A stretch of DNA of 64,000 nucleotides from Trichormus sp. ATA11-4-KO1 (GCA_019358915.1 JAHHIM010000006.1:32001-96000), one strand, 5' to 3'; positions 39,733 through 50,160 are shown, counted from the stretch's first letter. The notes: generated by a model not told the origin, from the letters alone. Numbers and translations: made by a program.

Positions 39733-40203
39733 TTAATTCAAAATTTCTGTTAACTTTGCCAATAAACTATTTGCTAAGTTTAATAGCCTCTCATTATCTA
39801 TATCAACATTTTCATTCTCACCAGCTAGTAGATTTCTTACAATAGATAACCTGTCATCCACTTCAGGAATTCTCCAACACTCTTCTAGGTTGACTGCTAA
39901 ATCAAACAGGGTAAGGGGCGTTTTTTCTTCAGAGGCTTGGTCTTTTAAATGCTGCCTTATCCTTACAGCTATATCATCATCACTTACTAAAAATTCTTTA
40001 ATCGCATCTAATAGCTGATTACCTAAAATTTCATCATGTCCCCAAGTTTCTAACCAATCTCCATTAGCATCTTCAACGTATAAATTAACAAAATCTACTC
40101 CGTAAGTTAGCCAGTCATGCTGCATTTTTCTCGCTGTTGCTAAAGCTTGAGTAAATGCATCTACTGAATTTTCGTAGCTGTTAGTTTGTTGTCGGTTAGC
40201 CAT
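39733..40203 (-). CDS. Hypothetical acidic protein
   Basis: 156-aa ORF, no recognised domain. Confidence 0.65.
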   Translation of the reverse strand: MANRQQTNSYENSVDAFTQALATARKMQHDWLTYGVDFVNLYVEDANGDWLETWGHDEILGNQLLDAIKEFLVSDDDIAVRIRQHLKDQASEEKTPLTLFDLAVNLEECWRIPEVDDRLSIVRNLLAGENENVDIDNERLLNLANSLLAKLTEILN

Positions 40204-40230
40204 ATAAGCTGTGATGAGCAGATAAGTATG

Positions 40231-40354
40231 TAAGTAGGTGGGTGGGAAAATTTATCGCTAAGATAAGGCAGAAGGCAGAAGGCAGAAGGGAAGAGGGTTT
40301 TAAGCTGATTCATTTTTCTTTACATAGTTGATTTTATTTGTGCCTACCTACTTA
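40231..40354 (+). mobile_element. MITE copy 1 (TAAGTAGGT...ACCTACTTA, 124 bp)
   Basis: Terminal inverted repeats; near-identical to 43545-43675 (inverted) and 59872-60095. Confidence 0.88.
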
Positions 40355-40394
40355 GGGCCAAACAAAAATCTTGAATATTTAATTGTTCAAAGCA

Positions 40395-41087
40395 TTAAGA
40401 AAATTTCAAATACTTGCCACCAGAAAGACAATCACTGTTATACATTGCTATGTTGACCAACTGCTTAATATAATTGGCATTTTTAGGATTGTAACTTAAA
40501 AATAATCCTCTTTCTATTTCCCATGAGTGCAGTGTGTTTTGCCAATAATGATACTTTTGATGATTAAATTCTTCAGATACACTGGTAACTTGAATGCATA
40601 GTGGTTTTGCTTGATGACTACTAACAATTAAATCTGTTGCCATTGAAAGGTCGGCGATATAACGCTGCCAAACACTGCCTTCACGTTGGACAATATCTTG
40701 AGCTATAGCTTTAATGATATCATCATCTCCTTGATTAAATTCTCCTGCCATCAGTTTTTGTTTCCAAATATAAAACTTGGAATCAGTTGCATTTATCCAT
40801 TTAGGAAAGAGATAACTATACCAATATCTTTCATTAGGCGTCATTTGCTCAAACTTTGCTGTTTGTTCTTCTTCCGAAGGTAATGATTTAATAATCAGCC
40901 AAATGGTAGAATCTGTAATCACCTCTAGGAGAAAAGCCAGAACAAAAGGCTTAGCAGTCAGGGAACCAGGCTTAATATTTTTTACCCAGCGATTAATTTC
41001 ACTCAATTTTTTAGCCAAGTTAGTGTCTATCGAGGAGGCTTGCTCGATGAGGGACTTTAGTTGCTCCTTGATCTCTTGTGCTTGCAA
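40395..41087 (-). CDS. Hypothetical protein, possible C-terminal PD-(D/E)xK-like nuclease fold
   Basis: 230-aa ORF; D...TDLIV.....LCIQVT...K pattern. Confidence 0.6.
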   Translation of the reverse strand: MQAQEIKEQLKSLIEQASSIDTNLAKKLSEINRWVKNIKPGSLTAKPFVLAFLLEVITDSTIWLIIKSLPSEEEQTAKFEQMTPNERYWYSYLFPKWINATDSKFYIWKQKLMAGEFNQGDDDIIKAIAQDIVQREGSVWQRYIADLSMATDLIVSSHQAKPLCIQVTSVSEEFNHQKYHYWQNTLHSWEIERGLFLSYNPKNANYIKQLVNIAMYNSDCLSGGKYLKFS

Positions 41088-41340
41088 ACGACACCCTACT
41101 TTCAGTAACTAACTCTTGGTTGAATTATTTATAACTAATTAGACTGATATATATCTTTGTTAACAGAAAAAATTAATCTTTTCATTGTGTACGCTACTCT
41201 AAAAGATTTACATAAATATAACTGCTACCTTAGTAGCATAAAATAATTTTAAGCTAATTGCCATACTAGTACAGCCAAACAGCCTAGTAACTCAGTATAA
41301 CAGTCTTGCGACTTCCGTGTTTTTCGTTTGTTAGGAGTGT

Positions 41341-41362
41341 ACTTCGACTGCGCTCAGTAACC
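41341..41362 (+). repeat. SDR-type small repeat ACTTCGACTGCGCTCAGTAACC; relatives at 23081-23101 and about 63248-63270 (inverted)
   Basis: Shared CTTCGAC....CT(C/T)AG core at three loci, each within or beside another repeat. Confidence 0.7.
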
Positions 41363-41568
41363 AGGGAGTTGGGAATGGGAAAATAGTATAAGTTATTTCT
41401 CCTGTGCATAATTCCAGGGTGCTACTGGTGGGTTTTCAAGCTTGCTGTACTATCTTGTAAACTGAGTAACTTAAGTAATTTCTGCCCAGCTTAATGAAAA
41501 TCTAAATCTGCTTGGGACAAATCCGCTAACAATAGTTTTCAGCAACAATACTGGTCACGGTCATCACT

Positions 41569-43539
41569 ATGTCTCAACCAACTATAGAATCAATCCTACA
41601 AGAGAAGCGCTTATTCCATCCCTCTGATAAATTCTCCCAAAATGCTCATATTAAAAGCTTGGCAGACTATCAGCGTCTCTACGATCAAGCGAAAGCAGAC
41701 CCGCAGCAGTTTTGGGCTAATTTGGCAGAAACAGAATTAGCATGGTTCCAAAAATGGGATACGGTACTAGATTGGCAACCACCTTTTGCTAAGTGGTTTG
41801 TTGGCGGAAAAATTAACATTTCTTACAATTGCCTGGATAGACACCTCACTACTTGGCGCAAAAATAAAGCAGCGTTGATTTGGGAAGGAGAACCAGGAGA
41901 TTCCCGGACTCTCACTTATGCCCAACTGCATCGCGAAGTTTGCCAGTTTGCCAATGTGCTGAAGCAATTGGGAGTCAAAAAGGGCGATCGCATCGGTATT
42001 TATATGCCGATGATTCCGGAAGCAGCGATCGCTATGTTAGCCTGTGCGAGAATTGGCGCACCCCACAGCGTAGTATTTGGTGGTTTTAGTGCCGAAGCTT
42101 TGCGCGATCGCTTGAACGATGCTGAAGCTAAATTGGTAATTACTGCCGATGGTGGTTGGCGCAAAGATGCGATCGTTCCTCTCAAAGTCCAGGTAGATAA
42201 AGCCTTAGCTGATAACACTGTCCCCACAGTCAAAAATGTTCTTGTGGTACAGCGTACAAATCAAGATACTCACATGGAACCGGGACGCGACCATTGGTGG
42301 CACGATTTGCAAAAAGGCGTATCAGCTGATTGTCCGGCTGAACCAATGGACAGCGAAGATATGCTGTTTGTTCTCTACACTTCGGGTAGCACCGGCAAAC
42401 CGAAGGGCGTTGTTCATACCACTGGTGGTTATAACTTATATACTCACATGACCACTAAGTGGATATTTGACCTCCAAGATACAGATGTTTACTGGTGTAC
42501 TGCCGATATCGGTTGGATTACTGGTCATAGTTACATAGTCTACGGGCCACTTTCCAACGGTGCTACAACTTTGATGTACGAAGGTGCGCCCCGTGCCTCT
42601 AATCCTGGCTGTACGTGGGATATTATTGAAAAACACGGTGTTAATATTTTTTATACTGCACCTACGGCAATTCGGGCATTTATTAAGATGGGTGAACACC
42701 ATCCGAAAACACGCAATCTATCTTCACTGCGTTTATTGGGAACCGTCGGCGAACCAATTAACCCAGAAGCTTGGATGTGGTATCACAAAGTAATTGGTGG
42801 TGAACGCTGCCCAATTGTTGATACTTGGTGGCAAACAGAAACTGGCGGGATTATGATTACACCATTACCGGGGGCAATTTCCACTAAACCAGGCTCAGCA
42901 ACTCGTCCTTTCCCTGGGATTATTGCAGATATCGTTGATTTAGAAGGCAACACCGTACCCGAAAACGAAGGCGGTTATCTGGCGGTGCGTTATCCTTGGC
43001 CAGGTATGATGCGAACAGTCTACGGTGATCCAGAACGCTTCCGCCGTACTTATTGGGAACATATCCCCCCCAAAGATGGTAACTATACTTACTTTGCTGG
43101 TGATGGTGCTAGAAGAGACGAAGATGGCTACTTCTGGGTAATGGGTCGTGTAGATGATGTATTAAATGTATCAGGACACAGGCTCGGAACTATGGAAGTA
43201 GAATCTGCTTTAGTTTCTCACCCAGCTGTAGCAGAAGCGGCGGTAGTGGGTAAGCCGGATGAACTCAAGGGTGAGGAAGTAGTTGCTTTTGTGACTTTAG
43301 AAGGCACATATCAAGCTAGTGAAGAATTGAGTAAAGAACTCAAGCAGCACGTTGTCAAAGAAATTGGGGCGATCGCTCGTCCGGGAGAAATTCGCTTTAC
43401 AGATGCTTTACCGAAAACGCGATCGGGTAAGATTATGCGGCGGTTGTTACGGAATCTTGCATCTGGACAAGAGGTATCTGGTGATACTTCCACTTTGGAG
43501 GATCGCAGTGTTTTAGATAAGTTGCGAGAAGGCGTTTAA
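41569..43539 (+). CDS. acs: Acetyl-CoA synthetase
   Basis: [20 protein letters not shown] and [11 protein letters not shown] motifs. Confidence 0.97.
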   Translation: MSQPTIESILQEKRLFHPSDKFSQNAHIKSLADYQRLYDQAKADPQQFWANLAETELAWFQKWDTVLDWQPPFAKWFVGGKINISYNCLDRHLTTWRKNKAALIWEGEPGDSRTLTYAQLHREVCQFANVLKQLGVKKGDRIGIYMPMIPEAAIAMLACARIGAPHSVVFGGFSAEALRDRLNDAEAKLVITADGGWRKDAIVPLKVQVDKALADNTVPTVKNVLVVQRTNQDTHMEPGRDHWWHDLQKGVSADCPAEPMDSEDMLFVLYTSGSTGKPKGVVHTTGGYNLYTHMTTKWIFDLQDTDVYWCTADIGWITGHSYIVYGPLSNGATTLMYEGAPRASNPGCTWDIIEKHGVNIFYTAPTAIRAFIKMGEHHPKTRNLSSLRLLGTVGEPINPEAWMWYHKVIGGERCPIVDTWWQTETGGIMITPLPGAISTKPGSATRPFPGIIADIVDLEGNTVPENEGGYLAVRYPWPGMMRTVYGDPERFRRTYWEHIPPKDGNYTYFAGDGARRDEDGYFWVMGRVDDVLNVSGHRLGTMEVESALVSHPAVAEAAVVGKPDELKGEEVVAFVTLEGTYQASEELSKELKQHVVKEIGAIARPGEIRFTDALPKTRSGKIMRRLLRNLASGQEVSGDTSTLEDRSVLDKLREGV

Positions 43540-43544
43540 ACAAT

Positions 43545-43675
43545 TAAGTAGGTAGGCACAAATAAAATCAACTATGTAAAGAAAAATGAATCAGCTTAAA
43601 ACCCTCTTCGCTTCTGCCTCCTGCCTTCTGCCTTCTGCCTTATCCTAGCGATAAATTTTTCCACCCACCTACTTA
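43545..43675 (-). mobile_element. MITE copy 2 (inverted, 131 bp, one extra heptamer unit)
   Basis: Reverse complement of 40231-40354. Confidence 0.88.
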
Positions 43676-43879
43676 GATATGGGGTGTATTGGCAACAATT
43701 AGCATACCGCAATCATTAACTTTATAGGGTGGGTTAAATTGCCTACCCTATATTGTGTGAATAGAATAAAAGAACTCAATAATCAATAAATATCTAATAT
43801 TATTTCACTAATTAATAGCTGGTATGATAGTAAGAGTAATTTAATATAAACGAGTATCAGCATAGAGGTATTAAAAGCG

Positions 43880-44554
43880 ATGAAACTGAAGAGCCGAATG
43901 AAGTATGCGTTTATTCCAACTCTTAGCAGCATAACGCTGGGTATCATCACTACAACTGGTATATCATCAGTGTTAGCGTTACCTGGAAAAGTTGGTTTAC
44001 ATTCTGCCGATCAGTTAAACAGCAAAAAACAAGTAATAGCACAGTTTCAAGGTACAGAGCAAGAAGAGCGATCGCAACTTCTGCAACAAGCCAATACTTT
44101 ATCCAGTCAGGGAAAATTCGCCGACGCGGAAGAAAATTTACGCAAATTGATTAAAAAATTTCCTAAATACTCTTTTGGACATTTTGAATTGGGAAACGTA
44201 CTTTTTCGTCAAGATAAGTCGGAAGAGGCTATTAGCGCTTACCGAGAAGCTATTCGCCTCAATTCCAACCATGCACTAGCTTACAATGGTATCGGTCTTG
44301 TTTATGCTAGCCAAAATCGCTGGGAAGAAGCCATTACAGAATATCAGAAAGCTTTAGAAATTAATCCTAATTATGGCGATGCACTGGCTAATTCGGCACT
44401 GGCACTTTTGCAAACAAATAAACGTAATGAGGCACTAGCTTCTTTAGAAAAAGCTTTAAACATTTTCAAATCCCAAAGCAGAAATGAAAAAGTCTATCAA
44501 ATTGAACAACTTTTACAGCAAATAAAAACTTCAGATGATCCTGCTATTTCGTAA
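43880..44554 (+). CDS. Exported TPR-repeat protein
   Basis: Signal-like N-terminus; four TPR units. Confidence 0.82.
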   Translation: MKLKSRMKYAFIPTLSSITLGIITTTGISSVLALPGKVGLHSADQLNSKKQVIAQFQGTEQEERSQLLQQANTLSSQGKFADAEENLRKLIKKFPKYSFGHFELGNVLFRQDKSEEAISAYREAIRLNSNHALAYNGIGLVYASQNRWEEAITEYQKALEINPNYGDALANSALALLQTNKRNEALASLEKALNIFKSQSRNEKVYQIEQLLQQIKTSDDPAIS

Positions 44555-44614
44555 AAATTATATTACTAGTGTTCTACTCTATGAATTGAATTCTTCAGTA
44601 AATTATATACCCAA

Positions 44615-44735
44615 TTATCGCAATCCGATTTGATTCATGAAATTACTTGTTTAGCTGACTGCCATTTAATCCAATGTGAATTCGATGAACCTCATCCCAA
44701 CCCCTCTCCGACACGGCTACGGTGTATACACAAGT
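44615..44735. mobile_element. Cluster of MITE/IS-end fragments, including GCTACGGTGTA(T/C)ACACAAG also found at 55636-55654
   Basis: 19-bp motif shared with the site right after the cobM stop; GCAATCCGATTTGA and ACCTCATCCCAACCCCTCTCC fragments. Confidence 0.5.
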
Positions 44736-45051
44736 CCACCCTGAGCGAGTTTCCAGTCTAAAAAGATAGACTCAAATTGCCGTAAACCGCCTCACGTTAA
44801 TCTATGTGACTACGGCTATAAAAATTACTTAGTCTAACAGAGGTGGATTATGTACGATTGGATGCATAGTTCAATAGAGCAAGCGATTAGTGTCTTTCAA
44901 GAATTTTCTCTTGATTGGAAATTCGCTTTCAATAATCACCCAAATTAATCCCTGAAAAGCTTGGAGAAAGTCGTATTCCCCAGCCCATAATAAAAATACC
45001 GGACTCAGAGAGATGCCGGCAATTTTAAAAATTGACTAATAATTAGTGAAT

Positions 45052-45426
45052 TTAATGAATTCTTTCTTTCATTAATTGTTCTTCTAAAGCAGCAATCCGG
45101 TTGTATGCTGCCGTCAATTGTGCTGTTAGTCGTTGTATTTGAATTTCTGGTGTTAAGTTCTGATCTCCACTTTGCCGATTCATGTCTAAAGACATGCCAT
45201 CTGTCAATACATCCTTGTGTTCCATTTCTGGATTAAAACTGATGTGTCCTTTTAACTGGTAGCCGCCTATATCACTATTTTCTACATAATTACTCTTGGC
45301 TTGTGTATTTGCTAAAGAGCACTCTGAGAAAGCTTGAGCGACTTTGCCGTCAAGTTGCTCAATTACCTGGTAGAGGGCATCCAGTTTCTGACTCAAAGTC
45401 AAGATTTGTTTTTGTAATGGCTCCAT
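45052..45426 (-). CDS. Conserved cyanobacterial coiled-coil hypothetical protein
   Basis: C-terminal PEIQIQRLTAQLTAAYNRIAALEEQL coiled coil. Confidence 0.75.
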   Translation of the reverse strand: MEPLQKQILTLSQKLDALYQVIEQLDGKVAQAFSECSLANTQAKSNYVENSDIGGYQLKGHISFNPEMEHKDVLTDGMSLDMNRQSGDQNLTPEIQIQRLTAQLTAAYNRIAALEEQLMKERIH

Positions 45427-45720
45427 TTAATACCCTCGTCCGCATATTTTCTCTATGTTATTCAATTTACTGGTGATCTTAACTATACTTATGAATTATT
45501 TAATTTTTTAAATATTTTGTCGAAACATGATATTTAAATATTTACTTATAAATGTAACTCAATATTTTTTATGAGTATTACTCATGAGTATTTTCGAGAA
45601 AAGTTAAGTCATTAGCAGTCATTTTCAGAAAAATCCTTTAAAGTTAGTCAATAAGTTGATTTGACAGCAATATCCAAAAAATATAGCTAAATAAGCACCT
45701 AAGCACACAACTATATATAT

Positions 45721-46920
45721 ATGTATAATCCCAAATCCCCAATTCCCAATCTCCAATCGATAAATCGACGGTCTTTTCTGTTGGGTGCAGGTGGACTGGC
45801 ACTTTCGCAACTACTGGTTGGGTGTGGTGGTAGCAACCAGACAAAATTAAATGTACAGCTATTAAAAGGTTCTATCCCCAGTCAGGTAGTTAGTCAGTTT
45901 CGCCAAAGTTTGCAGCAACGGGTAAATTTAAAGTTTGTCCCTGTCGAGCAGATAGAGAATTTATTTAAGCAATTGCAAGGTTGGCAGGAGAAATCAAAAA
46001 CTACTGATTACCAAGTGTGGACTCGCTTCTTACCGTTTGGGCAATCTGAGACAGTTGCAGCATCTGACTTAATGACATTAGGAGATTACTGGCTCAAAGC
46101 GGCAATTGAGCAGAAACTAATTCAACCACTGACAGAGCGAGAGGTCAAACAATTAAAACAGTGGTCTGCTTTGGATGAAAGATGGCAGCAACTAGTAACG
46201 CGCAATAATCAAGGCGATGTGGATACGCAGGGAGAAGTTTGGGCTGCTCCTTACCGTTGGGGGAGTACGGTGATTGTTTATCACCGGGAAAAATTCCAGA
46301 GATTGGGTTGGACACCACAGGATTGGAGTGATTTGTGGCGAGATGAATTGCGATCGCAAATTTCTTTACTGAATCAACCCAGAGAAGTGATTGGTCTGGT
46401 TTTAAAAAAGCTAGGAAAATCTTACAATACAGACAATCTGGACACAGTGCCAGACTTGGAAAAGGAACTACGGACATTAAACCAACAGGTAAAATTTTAC
46501 AGTTCCCATAACTACCTAGAACCTCTAATTATTGGAGACACTTGGCTAGCAGTTGGTTGGTCAAGTGACATCATGCCAGTTTTAGCACGTTATCCCCAAT
46601 TTACCGCCGTTATCCCGAAATCAGGAACAGCAATTTGGGCAGACTTGTGGGTACGCCCCGCAGGCGTTACTCAAGAGGCTGTGTCATCTCAATGGATTGA
46701 TTTTTGTTGGCAACCGAACATTTCTAAACAAATCGCTTTGCTAACTAAAAGTAATTCGCCAATTTTCCCTGAGATTCTTGCTTCTGACATCCAGGAACCA
46801 TTTAGACGTTTATTACAGAGTAACCGTGAAGTCTTCGACAAAAGCGAATTTTTGCTTTCCTTGCCTCCATCAGCCATCGAGCAATATGAGTCTTTATTCG
46901 CCAAAATTAAGCAAGAATAA
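45721..46920 (+). CDS. ABC transporter substrate-binding lipoprotein (PotD/PotF-like), Tat-exported
   Basis: NRRSFLLG, lipobox LVGC, PYRWG, W.DLW and GTAIWAD; true start uncertain because the N-terminus is STRR-derived. Confidence 0.82.
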   Translation: MYNPKSPIPNLQSINRRSFLLGAGGLALSQLLVGCGGSNQTKLNVQLLKGSIPSQVVSQFRQSLQQRVNLKFVPVEQIENLFKQLQGWQEKSKTTDYQVWTRFLPFGQSETVAASDLMTLGDYWLKAAIEQKLIQPLTEREVKQLKQWSALDERWQQLVTRNNQGDVDTQGEVWAAPYRWGSTVIVYHREKFQRLGWTPQDWSDLWRDELRSQISLLNQPREVIGLVLKKLGKSYNTDNLDTVPDLEKELRTLNQQVKFYSSHNYLEPLIIGDTWLAVGWSSDIMPVLARYPQFTAVIPKSGTAIWADLWVRPAGVTQEAVSSQWIDFCWQPNISKQIALLTKSNSPIFPEILASDIQEPFRRLLQSNREVFDKSEFLLSLPPSAIEQYESLFAKIKQE

Positions 46921-46936
46921 GCATGAGGAAATTTTT

Positions 46937-47575
46937 CTAAAGAGAGCGCAACAACCCTAACCTATTCTGAGTATTCATCTGAATGCGGCATGATGTTGGA
47001 CTTGTATTAAAGTTACAGGTGTAGGTTGCCAAAAGGTCTCGTTGATAATTGAAAACCCGAACATTATACCCATCCGTTCTGGCGCTGTTACCCAAGCGAT
47101 TCACGAAGTCGTAGCGGTCTAGATAGTCTAACAAGCTCCAAATTTGCTGATTTACGATTAAATCTACTCGGCCGGGTTCATTCTCAGATACTGGATATGC
47201 GATCCAGTTATCCAACAGCTTATTTTCGGAGTTTTCTTTTTCCCACCATAAACTGGGTGTAGTTAATCCTTCTGGGTCAATGGTATTGGCTGTAACTACA
47301 GTACCGTTTGGCTGAGTCAATAAAGCCAATTCCAAAGGAGCATCCGAAGGCGATGGGACTGGGGGTGTTTTTGCTAATGAGTGTGAGACTGGTAAAAGCG
47401 CAATCGTACTCAGACTAATAGTTAAGTAGGTGAAATTAAAAAAAGATAAAACAGACCTAACCCCCGAAAGCAGAAAGCGGGAGTCCCAGCTTTTCGCCTG
47501 ATAGAAATTTAATTTAGTTGAGTGATTTAGTAAGGGGAGCGATGTTTTGCGACCAGGTAGTTTGTGTCTCAGCAT
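46937..47575 (-). CDS. Hypothetical exported protein
   Basis: TTPSLWW and R.DFVNRLG..AR..GYNVRVFN; real start probably downstream of 47575. Confidence 0.7.
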   Translation of the reverse strand: MLRHKLPGRKTSLPLLNHSTKLNFYQAKSWDSRFLLSGVRSVLSFFNFTYLTISLSTIALLPVSHSLAKTPPVPSPSDAPLELALLTQPNGTVVTANTIDPEGLTTPSLWWEKENSENKLLDNWIAYPVSENEPGRVDLIVNQQIWSLLDYLDRYDFVNRLGNSARTDGYNVRVFNYQRDLLATYTCNFNTSPTSCRIQMNTQNRLGLLRSL

Positions 47576-47662
47576 AAACGAATACCATTTTCGATTTTGG
47601 ATTAATCTCCAATTCGCTCATAAATTACGGGTAATGCAATTTACAACATATTAATAATTTAC

Positions 47663-48511
47663 CTAAATAATTGCTGTTTGTGTGTGAGCAACTTTAAAGG
47701 CCAGGATGCGGAGTCTTTTATAGTCCGCCGTCCAAGTACCCTCACTATACAGTGTCGGTTTTAGGGACTGCTCTACCTGACGAATGACTTGTGTTTGCTG
47801 GTCAACAGATAATCCTGCTAAAAAATTACTAGCGAACATTTGTAGCCAGTTTGCCATACCTGCTTGTTTCTCTGCTAGGGAGGTGGGACGGGCAAATAGG
47901 ATGGCATAAGTGACATCAAAGCCTTGCTGTTCTAGCAGTGTAGAGTATTCGCCAATACTAGGAAAATACCAAGGATTCAATGGTTCTGCGACGATACCAA
48001 CTACCTTTAAAGCAGTGTACAAAGCCTGGGCGATCGCCTGTATATTTCCCTTACCACCAAACTCGGCGACAAAACGTCCTCCTGGTTTAAGCGCTTGATA
48101 TACGCAAGCGATCGCGGACTCTGGTTCTTTTACCCAGTGCAAAGTCGCGTTGGAAAATACCGCATCTAATGGCTGATCTACCTGAAAGTCTTTAGCATCA
48201 GCAATATCAAACAATAAATGAGGATAGTTTTGTTTAGCCTTTTCAATCATCGCGGGTGCGCTATCGATTCCCATAACTTTAGCGCCAGTCAAAGCAATTT
48301 TTTCGGTAAGTTGTCCCGTACCACAACCCAGATCCAAAATATATTCTCCTGGTTTGGGGTTGAGCAATTTCAGCAAATCTTCGCCATATTGCCAGACAAA
48401 GGCGTGCTTATCTTGATATAAGTCACTATCCCATAGTTCAGGAGATTGAAGAGAGAATTGGGGGTTTTGAGAGAAATCACTTGTCATTAGGCTGAGAGGT
48501 CTGGGAAACAT
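47663..48511 (-). CDS. Class I SAM methyltransferase (trans-aconitate MT-like)
   Basis: ILDLGCGTG, DAVFSNATLHW, EFGG.GN and ADY.RLR motifs. Confidence 0.88.
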   Translation of the reverse strand: MFPRPLSLMTSDFSQNPQFSLQSPELWDSDLYQDKHAFVWQYGEDLLKLLNPKPGEYILDLGCGTGQLTEKIALTGAKVMGIDSAPAMIEKAKQNYPHLLFDIADAKDFQVDQPLDAVFSNATLHWVKEPESAIACVYQALKPGGRFVAEFGGKGNIQAIAQALYTALKVVGIVAEPLNPWYFPSIGEYSTLLEQQGFDVTYAILFARPTSLAEKQAGMANWLQMFASNFLAGLSVDQQTQVIRQVEQSLKPTLYSEGTWTADYKRLRILAFKVAHTQTAII

Positions 48512-48583
48512 GAGTATTGTGAACAGACTTATTGTGATGCAGTAGTTATCCTGATGGCAACAATGAAATTATCAGACTAATCC

Positions 48584-48790
48584 ATGACACCTCAAGAATT
48601 TTTAGAAAATTTGGCAACAGCAGGAACAGATCCCGAAAAACTCATGGTTGTTGCTCAATACCTGGAAACAACGGCGATGGACAATGCAACTACCCCAAAA
48701 TGGCGCAGCATTCCTTACAGTTCCGAAATTGAAATGGCGCTGAATAATCTGGCGTTTCATCTAGAAATACTCGCCGAAACAGGAAATTAA
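48584..48790 (+). CDS. Small hypothetical protein
   Basis: 68-aa ORF with protein-like composition. Confidence 0.6.
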   Translation: MTPQEFLENLATAGTDPEKLMVVAQYLETTAMDNATTPKWRSIPYSSEIEMALNNLAFHLEILAETGN

Positions 48791-48800
48791 TTAGGCTGAT

Positions 48801-48992
48801 TTAATTGCCTTGTTGTATCCACTCTCGCGCCGCTTTTTCGGCCGCTTCAGGCGTATAGTAAAGTTTGCCCTCACCAAAAACTGTTCCACCAGGACTAATC
48901 AACCGAAATTCCCAGCAATCAGCCTCAGTATAAAACACAGATAGGGTAACGTTATCAATGCCAACAACTAAGTGAATCTTGATAGTATTCAT
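48801..48992 (-). CDS. Small protein resembling DUF1508/YegP domain
   Basis: WEFRLISPGGTVFGEGKLYYTPEAAEKA resembles W.FRL...NG.....GE.Y.T...A. Confidence 0.55.
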   Translation of the reverse strand: MNTIKIHLVVGIDNVTLSVFYTEADCWEFRLISPGGTVFGEGKLYYTPEAAEKAAREWIQQGN

Positions 48993-49467
48993 TAGTGGTA
49001 TCTCAACGTTTACCCCTTTTTTATCATTTTTAATATAGAAATATTATGTTTATGCGATCGCGCATTCCAAATATCACCAGCTATAAATCATACAAATTTT
49101 GGTTTTTCAGGAACTTTTATGGAGCATTCACAGAAAAGTGCCAGTTTAATAAACTGCGTAATCTAAAATTACTAAAGTTACGAAAGCCATACCTAAGTCT
49201 TTTAATTAACTTGAGTTTATTATTTTGGTTTATGACTATCTAAATCTACTAATACCGCCAAGTAATTTCCTTGTCCTTTGACCAATGCTATTTCATCTAT
49301 CCCTAACTTTTTTTTACCTGCTACCGAAAGAACCAGAAAACACATGCTCTTTTACTATGGAGATGTAGTTCTTGCTGCCGAGGTGCCGAAGACTGCAATA
49401 CCCCGAAGTCCAACATTGAAACCCACTGTCTGTTCGAGTTAGTAGTGGAGGACAAAATATTTTTATG

Positions 49468-49638
49468 AAAAAAAGAGTGAGAGGAGGCATACCAATCGCC
49501 TCTAGTCTCTCACTCTGGCATTTGCCACTGTAGAGCGCTCAGGAATATGTAGAGACGCTGCCCTTTATTTAGGGGGCTAACTGTATGTCAATGACAACGC
49601 CTATACACATCTAATATTCCTGGTGCGACAAATGCCAA
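49468..49638 (-). ncRNA. Candidate structured small RNA (three-way junction plus terminator)
   Basis: Stems GGCATTTG/CAAATGCC and CAGGAATAT/ATATTCCTG, two inner hairpins, then AGAGTGAGAG/CTCTCACTCT stem and T-run. Confidence 0.55.
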
Positions 49639-49849
49639 GCCTGATTATTGATGTTTATTTGCTAAAAAGAATAATCTACAAATTAATGGTAGATATAGCT
49701 TTTTTGTCAATAAATTTGGTTGATTATGCCTGATAACAAAACCTTTGGAGTTGTTTATTTTTTATAATTTAACTCAGTTGAATTCAGCTTGGTTGCCATT
49801 TTGGCAGGTTTTTAGATTTTATAATTTTTATTTATTAGCTTTTAAAAGC

Positions 49850-49952
49850 TATAGCAATCCTAAATGAGTCACGAACAAAAAGATCCCCGAATTCTTCGAG
49901 AATTCGGGGATCTGAGCCTCTCACTGTTTGCAAATCAAATAGGATTGCTATA
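49850..49952. mobile_element. MITE with TATAGCAATCCT/AGGATTGCTATA ends
   Basis: 12-bp perfect terminal inverted repeats; internal palindrome shared with 35116-35160. Confidence 0.8.
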
Positions 49953-49983
49953 TTTCTCATATCCTTAAGTAACTAACGGGACT

Positions 49984-50043
49984 TAGAGGATGTTTGTAAA
50001 TTATCCATTTATATTCGTCCAAAACTTTTCAAACACCCTCTTA
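49984..50043. mobile_element. Short MITE-like element (AGAGGATGTTTG...CAAACACCCTCT)
   Basis: Imperfect terminal inverted repeats flanked by TA/TTA. Confidence 0.6.
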
Positions 50044-50084
50044 GCACGGTCTTGGGGGTTTCCCATGAGCAACTAGCGTAAATC

Positions 50085-50121
50085 AGTAAAAATGATACGT
50101 AATTTACGTATCATTTTTACT
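50085..50121. terminator. Long perfect hairpin downstream of the 50161-50805 gene
   Basis: AGTAAAAATGATACGTAA-t-TTACGTATCATTTTTACT. Confidence 0.6.
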
Positions 50122-50160
50122 TAAAAGCTCGATTTCAAAGGTTTTTGTTTTACAGTTATA

